Assembly (NCBI GenBank): GCA_013239625.1
Contig: MU053873.1
Span: forward strand, 3,362,524-3,426,523
Source: Lama guanicoe
Lineage: Eukaryota
Reading direction: 5' to 3'
Length of the DNA stretch: 64,000 nt
The notes under the pieces are model-generated. The model ran no database searches. It was not told the DNA's origin and worked only from the letters and a program-made list of their open reading frames with translations. Made by a program: the position numbers and the translations under genes. Below are positions 28,101 through 43,100 of the stretch, piece after piece (position 1 is the stretch's first letter; each line of letters starts with the position of its first letter).

Positions 28101-31100
28101 CCAACCCGATTCAGCAAACACCCGATGGGAAAACCACCTTTCTTGTCTTCATTAGAAGAGGAATGGATAGGGATAAATTACCATATGAAACAAACATGGA
28201 GGATGCGCACTCCACGGTCTTGTAGATGAAATCTGAATCTGGTCAGTCCCTTCCCACTACTGCTAGAAGAGTCAAAGGTCCCCTGCCCTTTGGAGAGCTC
28301 TCGTGGGGAGATGTGTAGGGTGGGGAAGGCAGGGGGAAGGGGGTGACAAACAGGTGACTACGCTGTAACGCTGAGACCTGGAAGGGATGGGAACAGACTC
28401 TCCTGCGCGGGGCCACCCCCCGCCCCCGTGACCAGGACCGGGGCTTACACATGCTTCCTCAGTAGCGCCCACCCTTCCACCTGGACGGTCCCCAAGGGGG
28501 TGGAGGAGCAGTAGGGGCACAAGCCAACAGGGACAGAGATGGAGAAACCACGTGTCAGGTTTGAAGAGCTGCTGACGGATCAAAGGATGCAGAAAAGCAG
28601 ATGTGAACATGGCTTCCAGGAAGCAGAGAAAAAGCATTGGGGAGGACAGTCGTTGATACAGAACATCTGTAACTCAAAATCCTTTTCCTTTCTACGACTC
28701 CCCATTCCTCCTTAAAGATCTGAGCACACGCTGTTCCAAGAGCAAGAGAGGGCTCATGGGGAAATTTCAAAGACGCAGCCTGGAAGGGCCCCACAAAAGC
28801 CATTACCTGCACCTCCAGTGTTCCCTCCCTTCATTGATTTTCTTCCCTGATAGGATGGGTGATAAAATAACACCTGATCCCACAGGGCTGCTGTGAGGAG
28901 CACACACAGGTAACGGGCTTAGGACAGCGCTGGCACTTAAAGAACTCACTCTGTGTTAGGGATTTTATTCTCTATCCGTACGTTATTATAATCATTTGAA
29001 ACTGACTTATGCCCTGAAGCAGTGAGCACCTGCTCAGAAAAGTAATCCTGGATTGTTAATGACCCTGGATCTGCACTGGGCCCAGGCCCCTCTCTGCCTC
29101 TGCCCCTCTGTTTTCAAAGACTTTTCTCAAACAGTGAAATGGGCTCTGGTCCATCAATCGGAGAAGCTCTGCCATGTGGAATCCAAAGTTTGACAGTGTG
29201 AGGTCAGCTAGCCACGCCGTGGGTGCGACAGAGACTTCCGGGAGGGGCATCCAAGCCTTTTCCCCGGAAGGCTTAATTTCATTGTTGCCAGAAAACCTTT
29301 GTGGTGATCTTGTGAACCTGCGATTCTCAGGATCAAAACCTAATCCTGGAATGGGAAGATCTCGATGAGGATAAATACGCAGGGTTCATGCACCTCGGCG
29401 GTCTCAGCTGACACTGGACACCATCGGACACATTAAAGTGGAAAACTGGACAGCCTGCCACCGCGGGTTCCTGCTTCTGCCTTCACGGCAGCTCGAGTGT
29501 CTCCTGGCGCTTCCCACTGAAGATCAGTACCAGTCATACAAAAAGAGCACTTGACCGTTTGAAGACACTGTGACCGAAGCCTTGGCTCTGTGTCCCTGGA
29601 TAAAATAAGCTGGTACACAATCAATCATGGATGATTTGTTCAGTTCCAAAATCAAAGCTCTTCTGCGACATTTTGTGGCTGCTCCACGGTTAACTTTCAG
29701 TTTACGAGAATTTGACCACATCCTTAAAGGCACTGAGTCCAAGCAGGGATCAGGAACCAACCGCCATGCTCTGTGGATGAGCTGGCATTAGACCAAGTCC
29801 TAGGATCACATCTGCAGTTTTGAAAAGACCCTAGACACCCACTCTAGGGTGAAATTCTGGCCACAAAACTTCAACCTAGTACAAAGTCAATCACCTCAAA
29901 GTCTCAGGGAGTTCATACATAGCGTAAGGTGTACAAGCTTTGGAGTTGGACAGAATTGGGTTTTAATTCTAGACCCACAATGTGCCAGGCACGTGACCTG
30001 ATTCAAGTTAGTTTCTCTGAACCGGTTTCCGTCCCATGAAAAGTAGACAGTTATACCCGCACCCCATGGGGTTTCTGTGACGATAACAACATATTCAAAG
30101 TAGTCAGCCACACGTGTCTGGGACAACTGATGTTCAATTAATAACACAAGTGCCGGGGTGCCAGCACAGCCCCCACCCATCACGGGGTCACTTCTGGACA
30201 GTCCCCTGGCTGCTGGTTCCAGGAGGTCAGGGAGCCTTTCTGCCCCAGTCACCGCGGCATTGCCAGCACCTGGCACAGAGCCAACGTTAAGTAAATACTT
30301 AACATGTGAGTGAATGAGCTGACTGTCACGTGAATAAACAGTGTTGTTATCTCTTTTTTGTAGGGGAGGAAAATGAGGCTGGCCCTGCTGGGAAGGAGGA
30401 TTCCAAGCCACATCTGCTGACTTGGAAGCCTTTTTTCTCAGCCACGACATGCCTCCTCTCCTTAAAAATATGGAATTTCATTGTGCATTCTATCCTTTTC
30501 AAGTAGTGGCCTTGCGATCACCATTTAAACATGGAAACCAACCTCCCCAATCCTACCCATTTACAGATTCTGCTCAGATACGGACAAACAGCCCACCTTT
30601 GAGAGCTGACAGGTGAATTACAGCAAGAAGTGGGCGAGGTCCTATAAGGGAGTAAGTAACCCCACGTCTGAAAGTTAATTCCTTCGGGAGTCACTCTTAG
30701 GAGCTTTCGGATTCATATTCAGTTGTGACTACGCTAAATTGAAGAAATTAGCATACCAAATAGCTGTGGCATTAAAAATTCAAATGACTCTCTTAAAAAT
30801 GTCTGATGAACTCCCTGGGAGAAGCTTACACAACCACAGGTTCTGGCCTCATAATTGTCAAGTGCTGGCAAAATGCTAAGGCTTTTATCACCACCTCCCA
30901 GATTCTGGAGAAACAGTGCTATTCACTACTAAAATCTGATCGGAGCTTTAAATGGCAATTCTGATTTAACGCCAGCTCTCATAAAGTCCTGCAGTGTAGA
31001 ACACTTTATTTCTAGTCCCACAAAAAAAATGGGGGGGTGGTTTAGTTTATCTTCCGCACGGAAGCATGAAGAGACTCCTGGGAGTTACTTCAAGACCACT

Positions 31101-34100
31101 CAACACAGGGATGAATGTCGGCTTAAGATGCACGATAAAATGGAATTTTAAAAGATTCAGTGCTAAGACTGATACATTGAAAAATTAAAAAAAAAAAAGA
31201 AAATCAAGTGAAAGCTATCCATTTTTCCACAAACTACACACATGTCCAGACTTCCCACCCAGATAAGCTGATACCAAAGAGATAGGAATGAAAACCAGTG
31301 TGTATTCCGTCCTGCCTCTGCTGAGCCCCAGAGCAGCCACTCCACGTTCCTGCTGTCATTTGCACCATCCCAGGTCCAGGGAAGTCCTTGGGCCAGTGTC
31401 CACATGTGCTGATCCATCTTGGCCGAAGTTGCCCCGAGCGACTCAGGGTCCACTGAGAGGGCAGGAGTTGGCCGAGGGCGGTGGTGTCTGGGGCCTGCCC
31501 CTGCACGCTGGTTTCCAGGATGGACTTAATGATCAAATCTAACAACGTGACCTGCATTAAAAGCCTGAACTGCCAGTAGATGATTCGTTTTTTTAATTAA
31601 AAAAAAATTTCCTAATTTCTCTTTAGGGGTAAAAAAGCTGCTTTGAAAAAGTAAAGTACATGCAGAGAGGCAGTGACCTCTGGGCCTCCCTTGGAGAGTT
31701 CTATACAGCTGCCTCCGCACCTTCTTTGGCACAGAAGCTGTCATTTATCCTAATGACAACTTTCAGGGATTTCTTCTGACCTCAACTTATAGATGAAGGG
31801 GCTGAGGGTCACGTGGGATCGGGTCTGCTGCTGAGGCCCCTGTCTTGCCCCTAGACCGCCCTGGTCCTGGGCAGCTACATCGTGGATCTGGGCATGCTCC
31901 CCAAAACAGTGAGAGTGAGCATACTGCCCCTCCCTCTCCTCTCCCACCGCCCGGGACATGGAACCTTCTCCGACCTGGGATTATCACATAGTGAAAAGAG
32001 AAAGATGACCAGGTCCGGATGTGAGTGAGTCAATCAGTCATGTTAGTGACACGACAGTGAACGGTGTCCACGTGCTACTCACACACTCGCGTGTGGCTTC
32101 TTTTTGGAAAAATCACAGGCAAGACCGAGGTCTGATATCCTGACGTGTCCGTGTTCATCCAAGAGGATATTTGCAGGCTGAAATGAAAGAGAAGGTGGTC
32201 TTCAAGGGCCCCCAAAACGTCATAGTGGCTCTGAGAACTTCTAAAACTACAGACACCTGATACCTCATTATCTTAACCATCGTTCATTTCTACACACTGA
32301 TTTCAGCACCGATTACATTATCACATCCATGTAGGGCAGGATTCTGACAATGATAGTTTTTGTTAATTTCAGCAGGAAAGCAGTGCTGACAGATGGGAAG
32401 GAGTCTATTCGTCTGACAATGAAATGCAGGGCAGGTAACACGGGAGGGTTACAGCCACAGTTCATCGGAGTTCAAAGCATTTCCTTTTCCCGGCAAGAGC
32501 TGCAATCCAGCCAGAACAGCCAGCCTCTCCACAAAGGGAGCGAGTCCACCGCCTTCTTGGCTTCCGTGAACCCCCTAGGACTTCAGAGAATGAAGCCACA
32601 AAGCACAGAATGGAAAGGAATCTTGCAGGAACACACAAATAATGACCTAAGAAATCAGAATATTCCACAGTGCCACACTAATCCTGATAAATGTCATTTC
32701 TGGTCATTAGTACGTAATCAACATAGAGGCCCTACCAAATGACCAAATATGATTTTGACCACAACTCTGATGAAATGTATCTAGTAAGATTAGATTTAGT
32801 CAGCGTAATCATGGAAAACAAACTCCTCTCCCTAATATGCACTGAATTACAGTCATCTTGGTATTTTTCTGCTGGAGAACAACTGTTTTTTGCTTGAAGT
32901 AAAAACAATGGCCTGCCATTATAAAACTGAAGCATGAATAATCATGAGTGACTAGAATTAAGTTCAAATAGAAATTAGATAATGCCACTGCCTACGAAAT
33001 AGCTTAGAAAACAAAAATACAGCATCGAGATGATTAGAAACCAGTTAGAGATTTAAATTAGAATGTATTACACTAGTTCTTCATGGGCCCTCGGTGTGTA
33101 TTTTATTCTCCGGCTAAATTCACATGAGGGGAAAAAAAATGTCATGTGCTAACCAGCGTCTATTTCTAATTAGATGAAAATACATTTTTTTTCCTTCTTT
33201 ATGCTCATATGAAGGCGAAGGGAGTCACTCTTTAACTCTGCAGAAAGCTTTAAAAGTTACAAAGCATTTTGTGGGGAAAAAAAACAATATGCTCAACAAT
33301 AAAATGTAACATTTTAGATTCTTAGGAGGTAATCTTAAAAAGCTAGTCAAAAACATGAGCTCCTTAGAGAAAGGAGCACCGTCCATACACCTCAGCTGGT
33401 TAACTCGGGGTCATTTAAGAAGGAATCTGAGAGGCGGGTGGGTATAGTTCCGTGGTAGAGTGTGTGCTCAGCATACACGAGGTCTGGGGCTCCATCCCCA
33501 GAATCTTCATATTAAAAAAAAAAAAGTTAAGGAATCTGAGAGGAGGACACACTCTCCAGGAGTCTTCTCATCCAACTGGGAAGGTGCCACGCCTGTTACC
33601 TTTCAACACTATTTACACCTTTATATGTTTGTGGGATCGTTTCTACCATTTGTCAAGGTGCCTTTTCTATCCCTGTCTCCGTGGTGCTGGCCAGACAGGT
33701 GTCACCGCAGACACACTAGGCAAACTCCCAACTCCCTCGTGAACGCAGAATCCGGGATCAAGCATCATAGCCCAGAGTGAAAGAACTCAGAACGCTCTTA
33801 TGTCATTTTTTTTCCAGGCCAGTCAGATTTTAAGGGGAAGCACAGTGAGGAATCCTAAGCGCAGCAGACTGGGGCTGTGTAGTTCAGAGATCGAAAAAAT
33901 CTGTTAGTAAATCAATTTTTAAAGGCGGTCTCAGAACAATCCGAGGCTCGGAGAATGGCCCTCGGGGGACACTCTGCAGGCTGCCAGCCAGTCCACCCCT
34001 CTCAGACCAGCCTTCCTCAGTCACGACTCAGCCATTCTCTGGGCTGGCTCCCCAGGGGATATGCCTGAAAGATACATGCTCTCTGTTTGTTCATCTTTGT

Positions 34101-37100
34101 ACGTCTCCTGCCCTCACAGAGTCACGGCCAAGTCAGTTGCTTGGTGGACATCAATGGAATTACAATGAACTATAAAAATGGGCAAAACAAAAAAACCCTC
34201 ACCCTGCTCTTCATTAATTAACCAACTGAAATTTCTGAGCTGGCGTACGTGCTGCACCAGAAACTGAGTAGTAGTGACAACCAGGATGGACTTGAGTCCT
34301 TAGAACAGAGTTTAGAAGGGCCCAGCATCACACTCAGGGTGACTTTATCAGGGCTGAGACGAGGAAGAGGACAGGATAACCACGAAAGAGGAGGAACGCC
34401 TGGGAGGACTGTGACCGCAAGACACCGCCTGCTGCACAGGTCCCATAAACAGCGCGAGTCCGTCACACGGCCTTACCTTCAAGTCTCTGTAAACAACAAA
34501 CCGATTGTGCATGTGTTCCAGCCCCAGGATGATTTCGGTGGCGTAAAACCGCATCTCCTTCTCGGAAAAAACCCCGTGTTGGGAGAGGTGATAGTGCAAA
34601 TCGCCCCCTGGAATCAGAGCGGTCAAATTTAACTCGGTGTGTTCGTTTAAAGGAAACAAAAAAAATCACTGTCCCCCTACCTAGCTAGGATACAGTAGGA
34701 AAAGGTAAACTATGTTACTGTTTTGTCCATATACCTATTGCTGATTTCTGTGACATGACAAAAACACTTGAAAATTTACAGAGGAAACTTAAACACTGAG
34801 ATGGCTTAGATGGGACGATGGCCGGGACAATATGAAACAAAGCCACCGTTGTCTGGTGTCACAGCTTCCAGACGCACCATCGTGGGAAGGGGGGTAGGGG
34901 GAGGGAGTCGGGGTGGGGGGGTTAGCCAGTCTGCTCTGATTACTAAGTCCTGTCTAACAACTAAATCAACCTGTGCAGTGATCCAGTACATAGCTCAGCA
35001 ATTGGCTCTGTGGACAGTAAGTAAATAAGGAAACAGAACAAACAAGTTGATCACATTGATAGATACTCGATAAAGCGAAGAAGTAAAATTTTAACTGGTC
35101 AAACCCAGGGGATGAGTATTTGGGTGTCCCTAGTAAAATTCTTTCTGTTTTGCCACATGTTTGACATTTGTCATAATAAAATGTTGGGAAAAAAATAAAT
35201 CACACGGCCTCAAGTGGGAGAGACAGAGAAAGCCACCAACAGGGCTAGGAATGTTCTTATAAACGGTGAGGGGAGAGCCTCAGTTGATTTACGAAAGTCC
35301 ACGTGTATCCAACATTATGGCCCTTGATTTTATAAGTGTCATCTTGTTCACACACATTCCTGTATCACCCCTGCCAGATGGAGACATGAAAGATTTCCAG
35401 CATCACCGAAGGCTCCCCCATGTCCCTCCCAGTCAGTATGTCAGCTCGCAGCCCCTGACCAGGCCGAGGGGACCCTCTTCTGCCCTCTCCACCACCGATG
35501 AGCTCTGCCAGCCCCCACAGTCACGTAAACAGCCACACGGGGTATCTGCTGCTGTGTTTGGCCGCTTCTGCTCATTATTATGTCTGTGAAATTCCTTCGT
35601 GCCTTTGGACAGACCTGGTTTTAAATCAAACACTCAAAACGTCATAAAACTTCAAGTGAACTTCAGAAAAGGTATTTCGCTTGTTGAACTGTATGCCTTT
35701 TATCTCAGCTCTTGTTACTAAAAATGCTTTGAACATGTATCATGTTCCTTTCTAGTATTAGAAAAGTACTTTCCTGGCTAAAACTCCTTCGGCATTCTCT
35801 GGGTCATTATTCACAGTTAAAAAATAATGTTAATAAATTAAATAAACTGAATCAACAACGTACAGCTGATCTGGGCTGAAGGTACGGAAGACTGGGCTAC
35901 CGTCTGTGCCGGCCCAGTCAGTCCTTCAAAGCTGGTTCTTTAATACACTTCTATCTTTGGCTTGTATTCTTTGGAGGCATTTTGTTCCTAAAAGTTGAGG
36001 GCCAGGAGACAAGCGAGCTAAACACCCCGGCCAGCTGCGTCCCAGAAAAATCAAGTCTCACTGTGTTTTACTTTCTGAAAATCTTTTCTGGAAAATGCCA
36101 CTTTCCTGGGGAGAGACTGGGAGGGCCAGGAGGAGATGGCAGTCAACATTTTTTGAAATGAATTTTCCCTGAAAATTGGAGAGTAAAAGGTTTCCTCAAA
36201 CTTCAGGGGGTATCTAATTATCCAAAAGACCCAAATGGCTAAGATCGAACATCATGGCAAAGGCTTTCAGTGTATTCAGACTTCCCGGGCCTCGCTTACC
36301 GTTCATCAGATCCAAGATGAAGCAGAGTTTATCAGGCGTGTGGAAGGCATAGGTCATACAGACAATGAAAGGACAATCCTAGAGTGGAAAAAAAAATACA
36401 TATATAAGAAAAGCAAACGCTGTCCTCGAAGCACACCTGCTACCAAACACCGTCTGTACAGTTTTGCAGCCAGGCCACTACCCTGTGTGTGGAGCACAGA
36501 CACCTACGTGATAATCTTAACAGACACAGTAAAGGTCTGGTACCATAGTAAAATGCATGGACACACAACATTGCTAACGGGAGCAAATGAACTCAAAGGT
36601 CTTCTGTCACTCCAATTCAATCATGACTCTTCCTTCCACATCTTCTTCAGAAGACTCAGAGTCTACAGAAAAATAGGACTATCTTGTTAGTCTTTTTGTT
36701 GGTCTGCATTTTGGTTCTGGCTAGTCAAATATTCATTTCAATCTCGGATTCTGAAGTTGGAAGAACCAGACCCTGGGGGGACGGGAGAGGAGGGAGGAGG
36801 AAATGTTATCTGTATTACTGTCTGGAAACAGTGAGAATAAAAATGGAATTAAATTAGCTTTGCACAGTGGAAAAACATACCAGCGTCAGGGACTGAACAA
36901 CTCAACTGTAAAGATGCCAGTTTTTCCCAAAATTAATCTATAGTTTCCATGCAATCTTAATTAAAACGAAAACTGATAAACTGATTCTAAAATTTATACA
37001 GAAAATAAATAGCCACGAAAAGTTCAGATACTCTTGAAGAAAAAATAAAGCTGGAAAACCCATTGTGTTAGATATTAAGACTTAAGATAAAGCAACAATG

Positions 37101-40100
37101 ACTCAGTGTGGTACTAGCCCAAGGACAAACAAATAGACCAGTGGAACAGAACAGAGAATCCTGAAGTAGCCCCATATGTAAATGGTCAGTCGATTTGTAA
37201 TAAAGTGACACAACAGGGTGGGGGAAAAACATGGCCTTTTTAATCAACAGTGCTGCAGCAACAGGCTATCTGTGAGATCAAATGAGAACATTGACCCCTA
37301 CCTCACACCGCACACTAACATCAACTCCAGGTAGATATAAATCTAGAGGAAAAATAATAGAGCTTCTAGAAGAAAACAAAAGAGAACACCTTCAGGATCT
37401 TAGGGTGAACTAAAGATTTCTTAAACAGGCCACAAAAAGCTCTAATAATAAAAACATCGCTAAGCTTGACTGAAATAAAACCAAAGACTGACAATACCAA
37501 GTGTTGGAAAGATATGGAGTTAATGGATCTTCCAGTGTGGTGGCTTGGAGGGTACAATGGTACAACCACTTTCTCAAGATGTCTGGTGGTGTCTGCTAGA
37601 GCTGACCACTACCTGCAAACCCTCTGAGCCAGCATTTCCGCCCCAGGGTATCTACCTAACAGCAATCCGTACTTATGTGCACCAAGAGAACTGCATGAGA
37701 ATGGTCCTCACAGCACTATTTAAAATAGTCCAAACCGGGAAACAATCCGAGTGTCTACCAACAGCAGGATGGATACATGAATTCTGGCACATTCATATGA
37801 TGGAATACTGTAGAGTGGGGGTAAACAAATTATTTCTGCAAAGGGCTAGACAGTAAATATTTTAGGCTCCTCAGGTCCCATCTAGTCTCTCGCCTATTCT
37901 TCTTTGTTTCTTTTCTTTATAATCCTTTAATAATGAAAAAAAAAGTTCTTAGTTCACGGGCTGTGAACACAAGCCAGATTTGGTCCCTGGGCCACACACA
38001 CAGCTTGGTGACCCCTACTATTTAGCCACAGAAGGTGTTGTGGCTTCGTACAATGACAAATAATTCTTACAAGCAAAACTGAGTGAGAAGCCAGACACAA
38101 AATGAGTACGTTTATATAAAGTTCCAACACAGGCAGCGCTTAATTATGGTGTTAGACAGCTGGGTGGTAGTTAGCCTGGGTGTGGGGTGAGCCAATGGAG
38201 AACATTCTGGAGCACTGGTAACTTTCCATCTCTTGATCCGGGTGCTGGATATATGCTTGTGTTCCCTAGTGACAATCCATCAGTGCCACACTAGATCGAG
38301 AACCACATCCATTTAGATAAATATACAGGGTACCCTTGCCACTCAACTGATTCAGGTAAAAATGGCACAAAATATCTATATCTACTTTCTTAACAGAAAC
38401 AAAGAATTATTAAATTCTGCAGAAAAGATTCAAATTTCAACAAGATAATCTGTAAACAGGATTTGCACCGTCCAAACCTCTATATTAGGGGCATATAGAT
38501 AAATCTGACTTAACACATTCTTGTATGCCCAAGATTCATGATCTTGAACTCAATTTCCTTAAATCTTCTGGAGGGAATGACTCCAGAATGAATTACAAAG
38601 TTCATTTTGTGATTACCTAGTTTTCCTTAGAGTTCAGTTGAAAGGTGTTATTTACTAATTTCAAGATTTACTTTGCTTTAAATAGGTAAAATAGTGGTGC
38701 TGTTCTTTATTTGTTAAAAGCCACATGGTTCTTGGTAGGGGTGGGTACTGTTCTACTGGGAATCCCACCAAGTGTTTCACCAGAACTTTCCATAGTCTGC
38801 TGAGGATGGCTCATTCCACTCCAAGTACCACACTCCTTCCTTATTGGGGATCCCCACATACTCTGGTTCCTGGTCTGATGAGCAGGTCATCTGCAGAGCA
38901 GAGACGTGGCAGACCAGGAACTTAGTAAAGCTGGGGTCTTTCCCAGCTTGAGAAAGCAACTCCATCCACTTCACCCAGGGGAGCAACAGAGCCTGAAGAG
39001 GGGGTATTTCTGAACATGACGTCATCTGACCCTTCTAATGACAGTTCTGAGAAAACGGCGAAAGGTCAAAGTATAGTTAAGGTATTACGTTATTCAGATG
39101 GGATGTGAATTGGAGATTTATAATCAGAGGCTATCCAAGGAGGAAAGGCTCTTCAAAAAAAAAAAACCAAAAAACCACAAAACAAAAACCTAAAAAACCC
39201 TGGTCTGACTTCTTTCATTTCAAGATAAGGAAATTAAGGCCCCCTCAAAAGGGAAATGACTTGCCTGAGATCACAAAGTAATTTGGTAGCCAGCCAAGAT
39301 GCAAACCTCCTAGTCTCTGGAACCCTCTCCAGAGTTGTACTGTGTTGCACAGGTTTCCACAGCAACGGAAAAGAAAAGCCCAGTTAGAAGGGTGTGACTT
39401 GGTCAGCTCTACTGAAGGCACTGACCCCAGTCCCTCATCTCTCAGGTGCTGAGCAGGTGCCACCCCAAGTCTCAGGTGGAGCCCGAGACACAGACACCTG
39501 CACGCCGACTCCTGTGAAGAAACAAGCAGTTGTTTGATGGTGTTGGTTTGGTTCCAAAGATAATGATGGTTTCGATGTTCTGCCTTGATGACACACTCCA
39601 GGTAAGTAAGAACTAGTGGGTTTTTACAGGTAGATCCTTAAATAGAGCTCCACGCAAGGAATTGGTCTTCTCTGATTTCCCACCCAGTGAGCCAAATAGC
39701 TTGTGTTTTGCAGGAACTCTGTTTAAAACTGTGATAAACTTGACTGTAAAATAGCCGTTAAAAAAACTTCTCCAACCCTGCTGTTGGAGGAATCTTTTCC
39801 AGTGGCGAGGCTTATTGGGTTATCTTCCTACTTCAAACGCTTTGTTTCCAATGGCTGGAAGATTTTATTTAAATTCTCAATACTGGCCCAGAAAGCTCTT
39901 TCTGGTCTGGTCTGGCCTATCTGCCTCTCCACAACTTCCTCTCACGGTACTCAACCTCATCACTTCAGACCCCAGCTATGCCACCTTCCGTGAGTCCCCA
40001 GAGCTGCCATGCTCAGGACTCACACACCTACTGGCACCTCCCGCGACTTCAGAGGAGCATTTGTTGATGTATCTCTGCTCGGTTAACCGCCTTCCAAGCA

Positions 40101-43100
40101 CTGCGGACCTGCCTTTCATAGCTCTTGCCATGTGTTCCAATTATCTGAGATTGTTTGAATAAACACCACCTTCTCTCACTCCACACAGCTCTGTAAGAGC
40201 AAGGACCAAACTCGGGTCCCTGAAGCGGAGGGCCCGGCACAATCTAAGCCTCAAGGATGGTTCAAGAAAGAATGAACAAAACTCTGATGAACAATTAATG
40301 ACTTGATTAAGGAAGGTGCTGACAGCTCCTCCCAGGCATGGACATCCTCATCCTGACTTCCTTTACTGTCCAAAACTTACAGAGGAAAACTGGGAACAGT
40401 ACTTCCTATTCTCCCTTTGGAGGATGAAGAGCAGGAATCCTCAGTTTGAGACCAGAAGAGAAAAACAACCTTCCAGTTAAAAGAAAGCTCTGATGGGTGA
40501 CTCCCGCTCAGTTGCACGTCGGAACCTTAGGAAACCACGTTGATACAGGCCCACCTAGAGCTTCACCTAAAATAAAGATGACTTAAATCCTACAAACGGT
40601 GGCCCCTGAGTGACAAAACCAATTCCAAACAACCTTACTACAATTCTTTTGGTTAAATTATGTACTTAACAAAAATTTTAAGCTACTAAACAGCTTTGAT
40701 ACTTGAACAAGAAATATAGACACTTCCTTTAAATTAGTTGAGAGCAGTAGCCCAGTGTAACCCCAATGCTTCATTTATTCCCTTATGGGTAGACTGGTGA
40801 GGGACTACACCACTACTTAACCACACTGCCCCCATCACCTAATAAAACATAAAAGTGCTACATGAAAACTTTTTACATCTATTGCTCCAACACCAAACAT
40901 TTATTTCCATTAGCTTTCTGGAGAATAAACATCCAAGGCTTTGAGGTAACTCATTAAAAATGAGTATTTTAATAAATTACTAAAATTTAAATAATATTTT
41001 AAGAAGACTGAACGCCTGCAGTAAGCACACATCCAGGTCTGAAATGAAGACGGAGACATGTACAACAGATTTTAGAAGCCAACGCCATTCATGCTGATTC
41101 CAACAGTGTGCAGGCCACTCAAGGTTCCATTGCAATCAGTTAAAATCTTGGTCACTCACGCAGGGTAAGCCTTATCTGAAATGCTATATGCCCATATGTT
41201 GGCCAGTAGAGGCACATAATTAGAATCTATTTACAGCCATGGCATTTTCATTTGTTATACTGGAGCTAAATTATGACATCCTTCGGCTTCAATAGCAAAT
41301 AGCCTTTCTAGAATCACTTAAAACTCATGCGAGAATAATATAAACCATAATCCAGTAGATGCAGGTGATAAACAAAAAAACGTGAAGCTTAGCAAATGAT
41401 GAGAAAGGAACCCTGGGGGTGTCCAGGGGGTCCAGGGACTTTGCGCAAGGATATGATGTCTCTGGGTTCTCAGTTCCTTGTTTCCTAGCTAAAAGGAATT
41501 CTTTGAGTTACCATCAAAATTTGATTCTTCCAAATACTTCTTTAGAATTCAGCTATGATTGCTGGAGCCCAGCCCCTCCCCCCACCTCTCACGTGTGTGT
41601 AAACCTTCCTGGCACGGTGTTCAATGTTCAATTTGCCCATGAGTTCCATAGCATGGGCCTGGTCACTCCACCCTCTTTTCACTCATTTCATTCTTGACCT
41701 CGACCCCTGACCTCCTCTGAACCCTGGACAACAGGCCTCCCGGGGCCCACGGACATGCCTAGGTTTCTGGGACAGTGGGTTTTTTTGGATGTCTTCCTAG
41801 ACATCTGTACCAATAAATAAAAGCCAAGGTTTGGATTTCGGGGAATATCATTAACAGAAAAAGAAATCAGAACGGGACACTGCTTTGCAAATCGAGATGA
41901 CACAGGACATCGAGCTTTTTTTACATGTGCTGGGCTAAAAATGACAGCCTGGGGTACAAATAGAACACCCAACAGGCAGAAAGGTGGGGATGGAGATGGA
42001 AAAGACCTGTGTTCACAGCAGGCAAAAGTTGCAAGTGCCGAGAAGTTAAAGCCCCCTCCAAATGGAACAACGGCTGGGGACCACCCTGAAGGGACAGTCG
42101 GGACTTGACTAAGCCAAGTGCTTCCTCCCTGTTTGTCACGAACGATGGAAGCCATGTGTCTCGTCCTGTTTTTTCTCTGGGTTAGTCCTTCTCAGTCATG
42201 CAGTTCATTCTTAACTCTACGAGAGGGATTTCTGGTTGTTGATGTGATTATTTCCTGCCATCTCTGCAACTACATTCCGCAAAGAAGGGAGTCGTAAACA
42301 TGCGTCAAAGGGAGAAGGCATGGGTGTGCAGAGCGATGGTTGCCAGTACTTTCCTAAGCCCCAAATTAAACACAGGTGCTATCTGAATTATTGCTTCTAT
42401 TAACTGAGTGCTGCTGCTCCCTGCTATAAATTCTAATTCACCCAAAATTGGCTAGCTGCATACTTGGCCAGGAGAAAAAAAAAATGCCTGTGTTTTATTT
42501 TTAATTTTTTTTTTACCCATGAACTCTCTTTATCTTAATTTTTTTGGGTGAGGGGAGTAACTAGGTTTATCTATTCTTGAAGGAGGTCCTGGGGATTGAA
42601 CCCAGAACCTCCTGCATGTTAAGCACAGGCTCCACCACTGAGCTATCCCCTCCCCCAACCACAAACTCTCTTTTATAGCAACAAAGCCCCAGAGGTGGTT
42701 TAGACATCAGAGATTTGTACCTTAGTGGGAATGAAAAAAAATGCCTGTATTTTAAAGAAATTGTCCAGATGCAAAAAAAGCAAATTAAAACAAATAAGTA
42801 TGAAAACAAACAGACAACAACCAAAAAAACCAGTGCTCAAAACTGAATACTTACTCCTGTGCTCACAAGGGACAGCATAATCCTTTCATTTAAGGCTAGT
42901 GTTTCTCCTTGTTTCATCTTGATCCTCTTCTTATCTAGGCATTTCATCGCATACCTAGAAACGTAAATGTTGAAAATTCTGCGCTAGAAATGTATCTAAG
43001 CAGATTTAAACAATACACATCATACACACTGGGGGAAGTTTCTACAGATTTGGAAAGTGTTTCAAAGAAGCAAAACGCTTCTAAAAAACCAAGGAAATCT

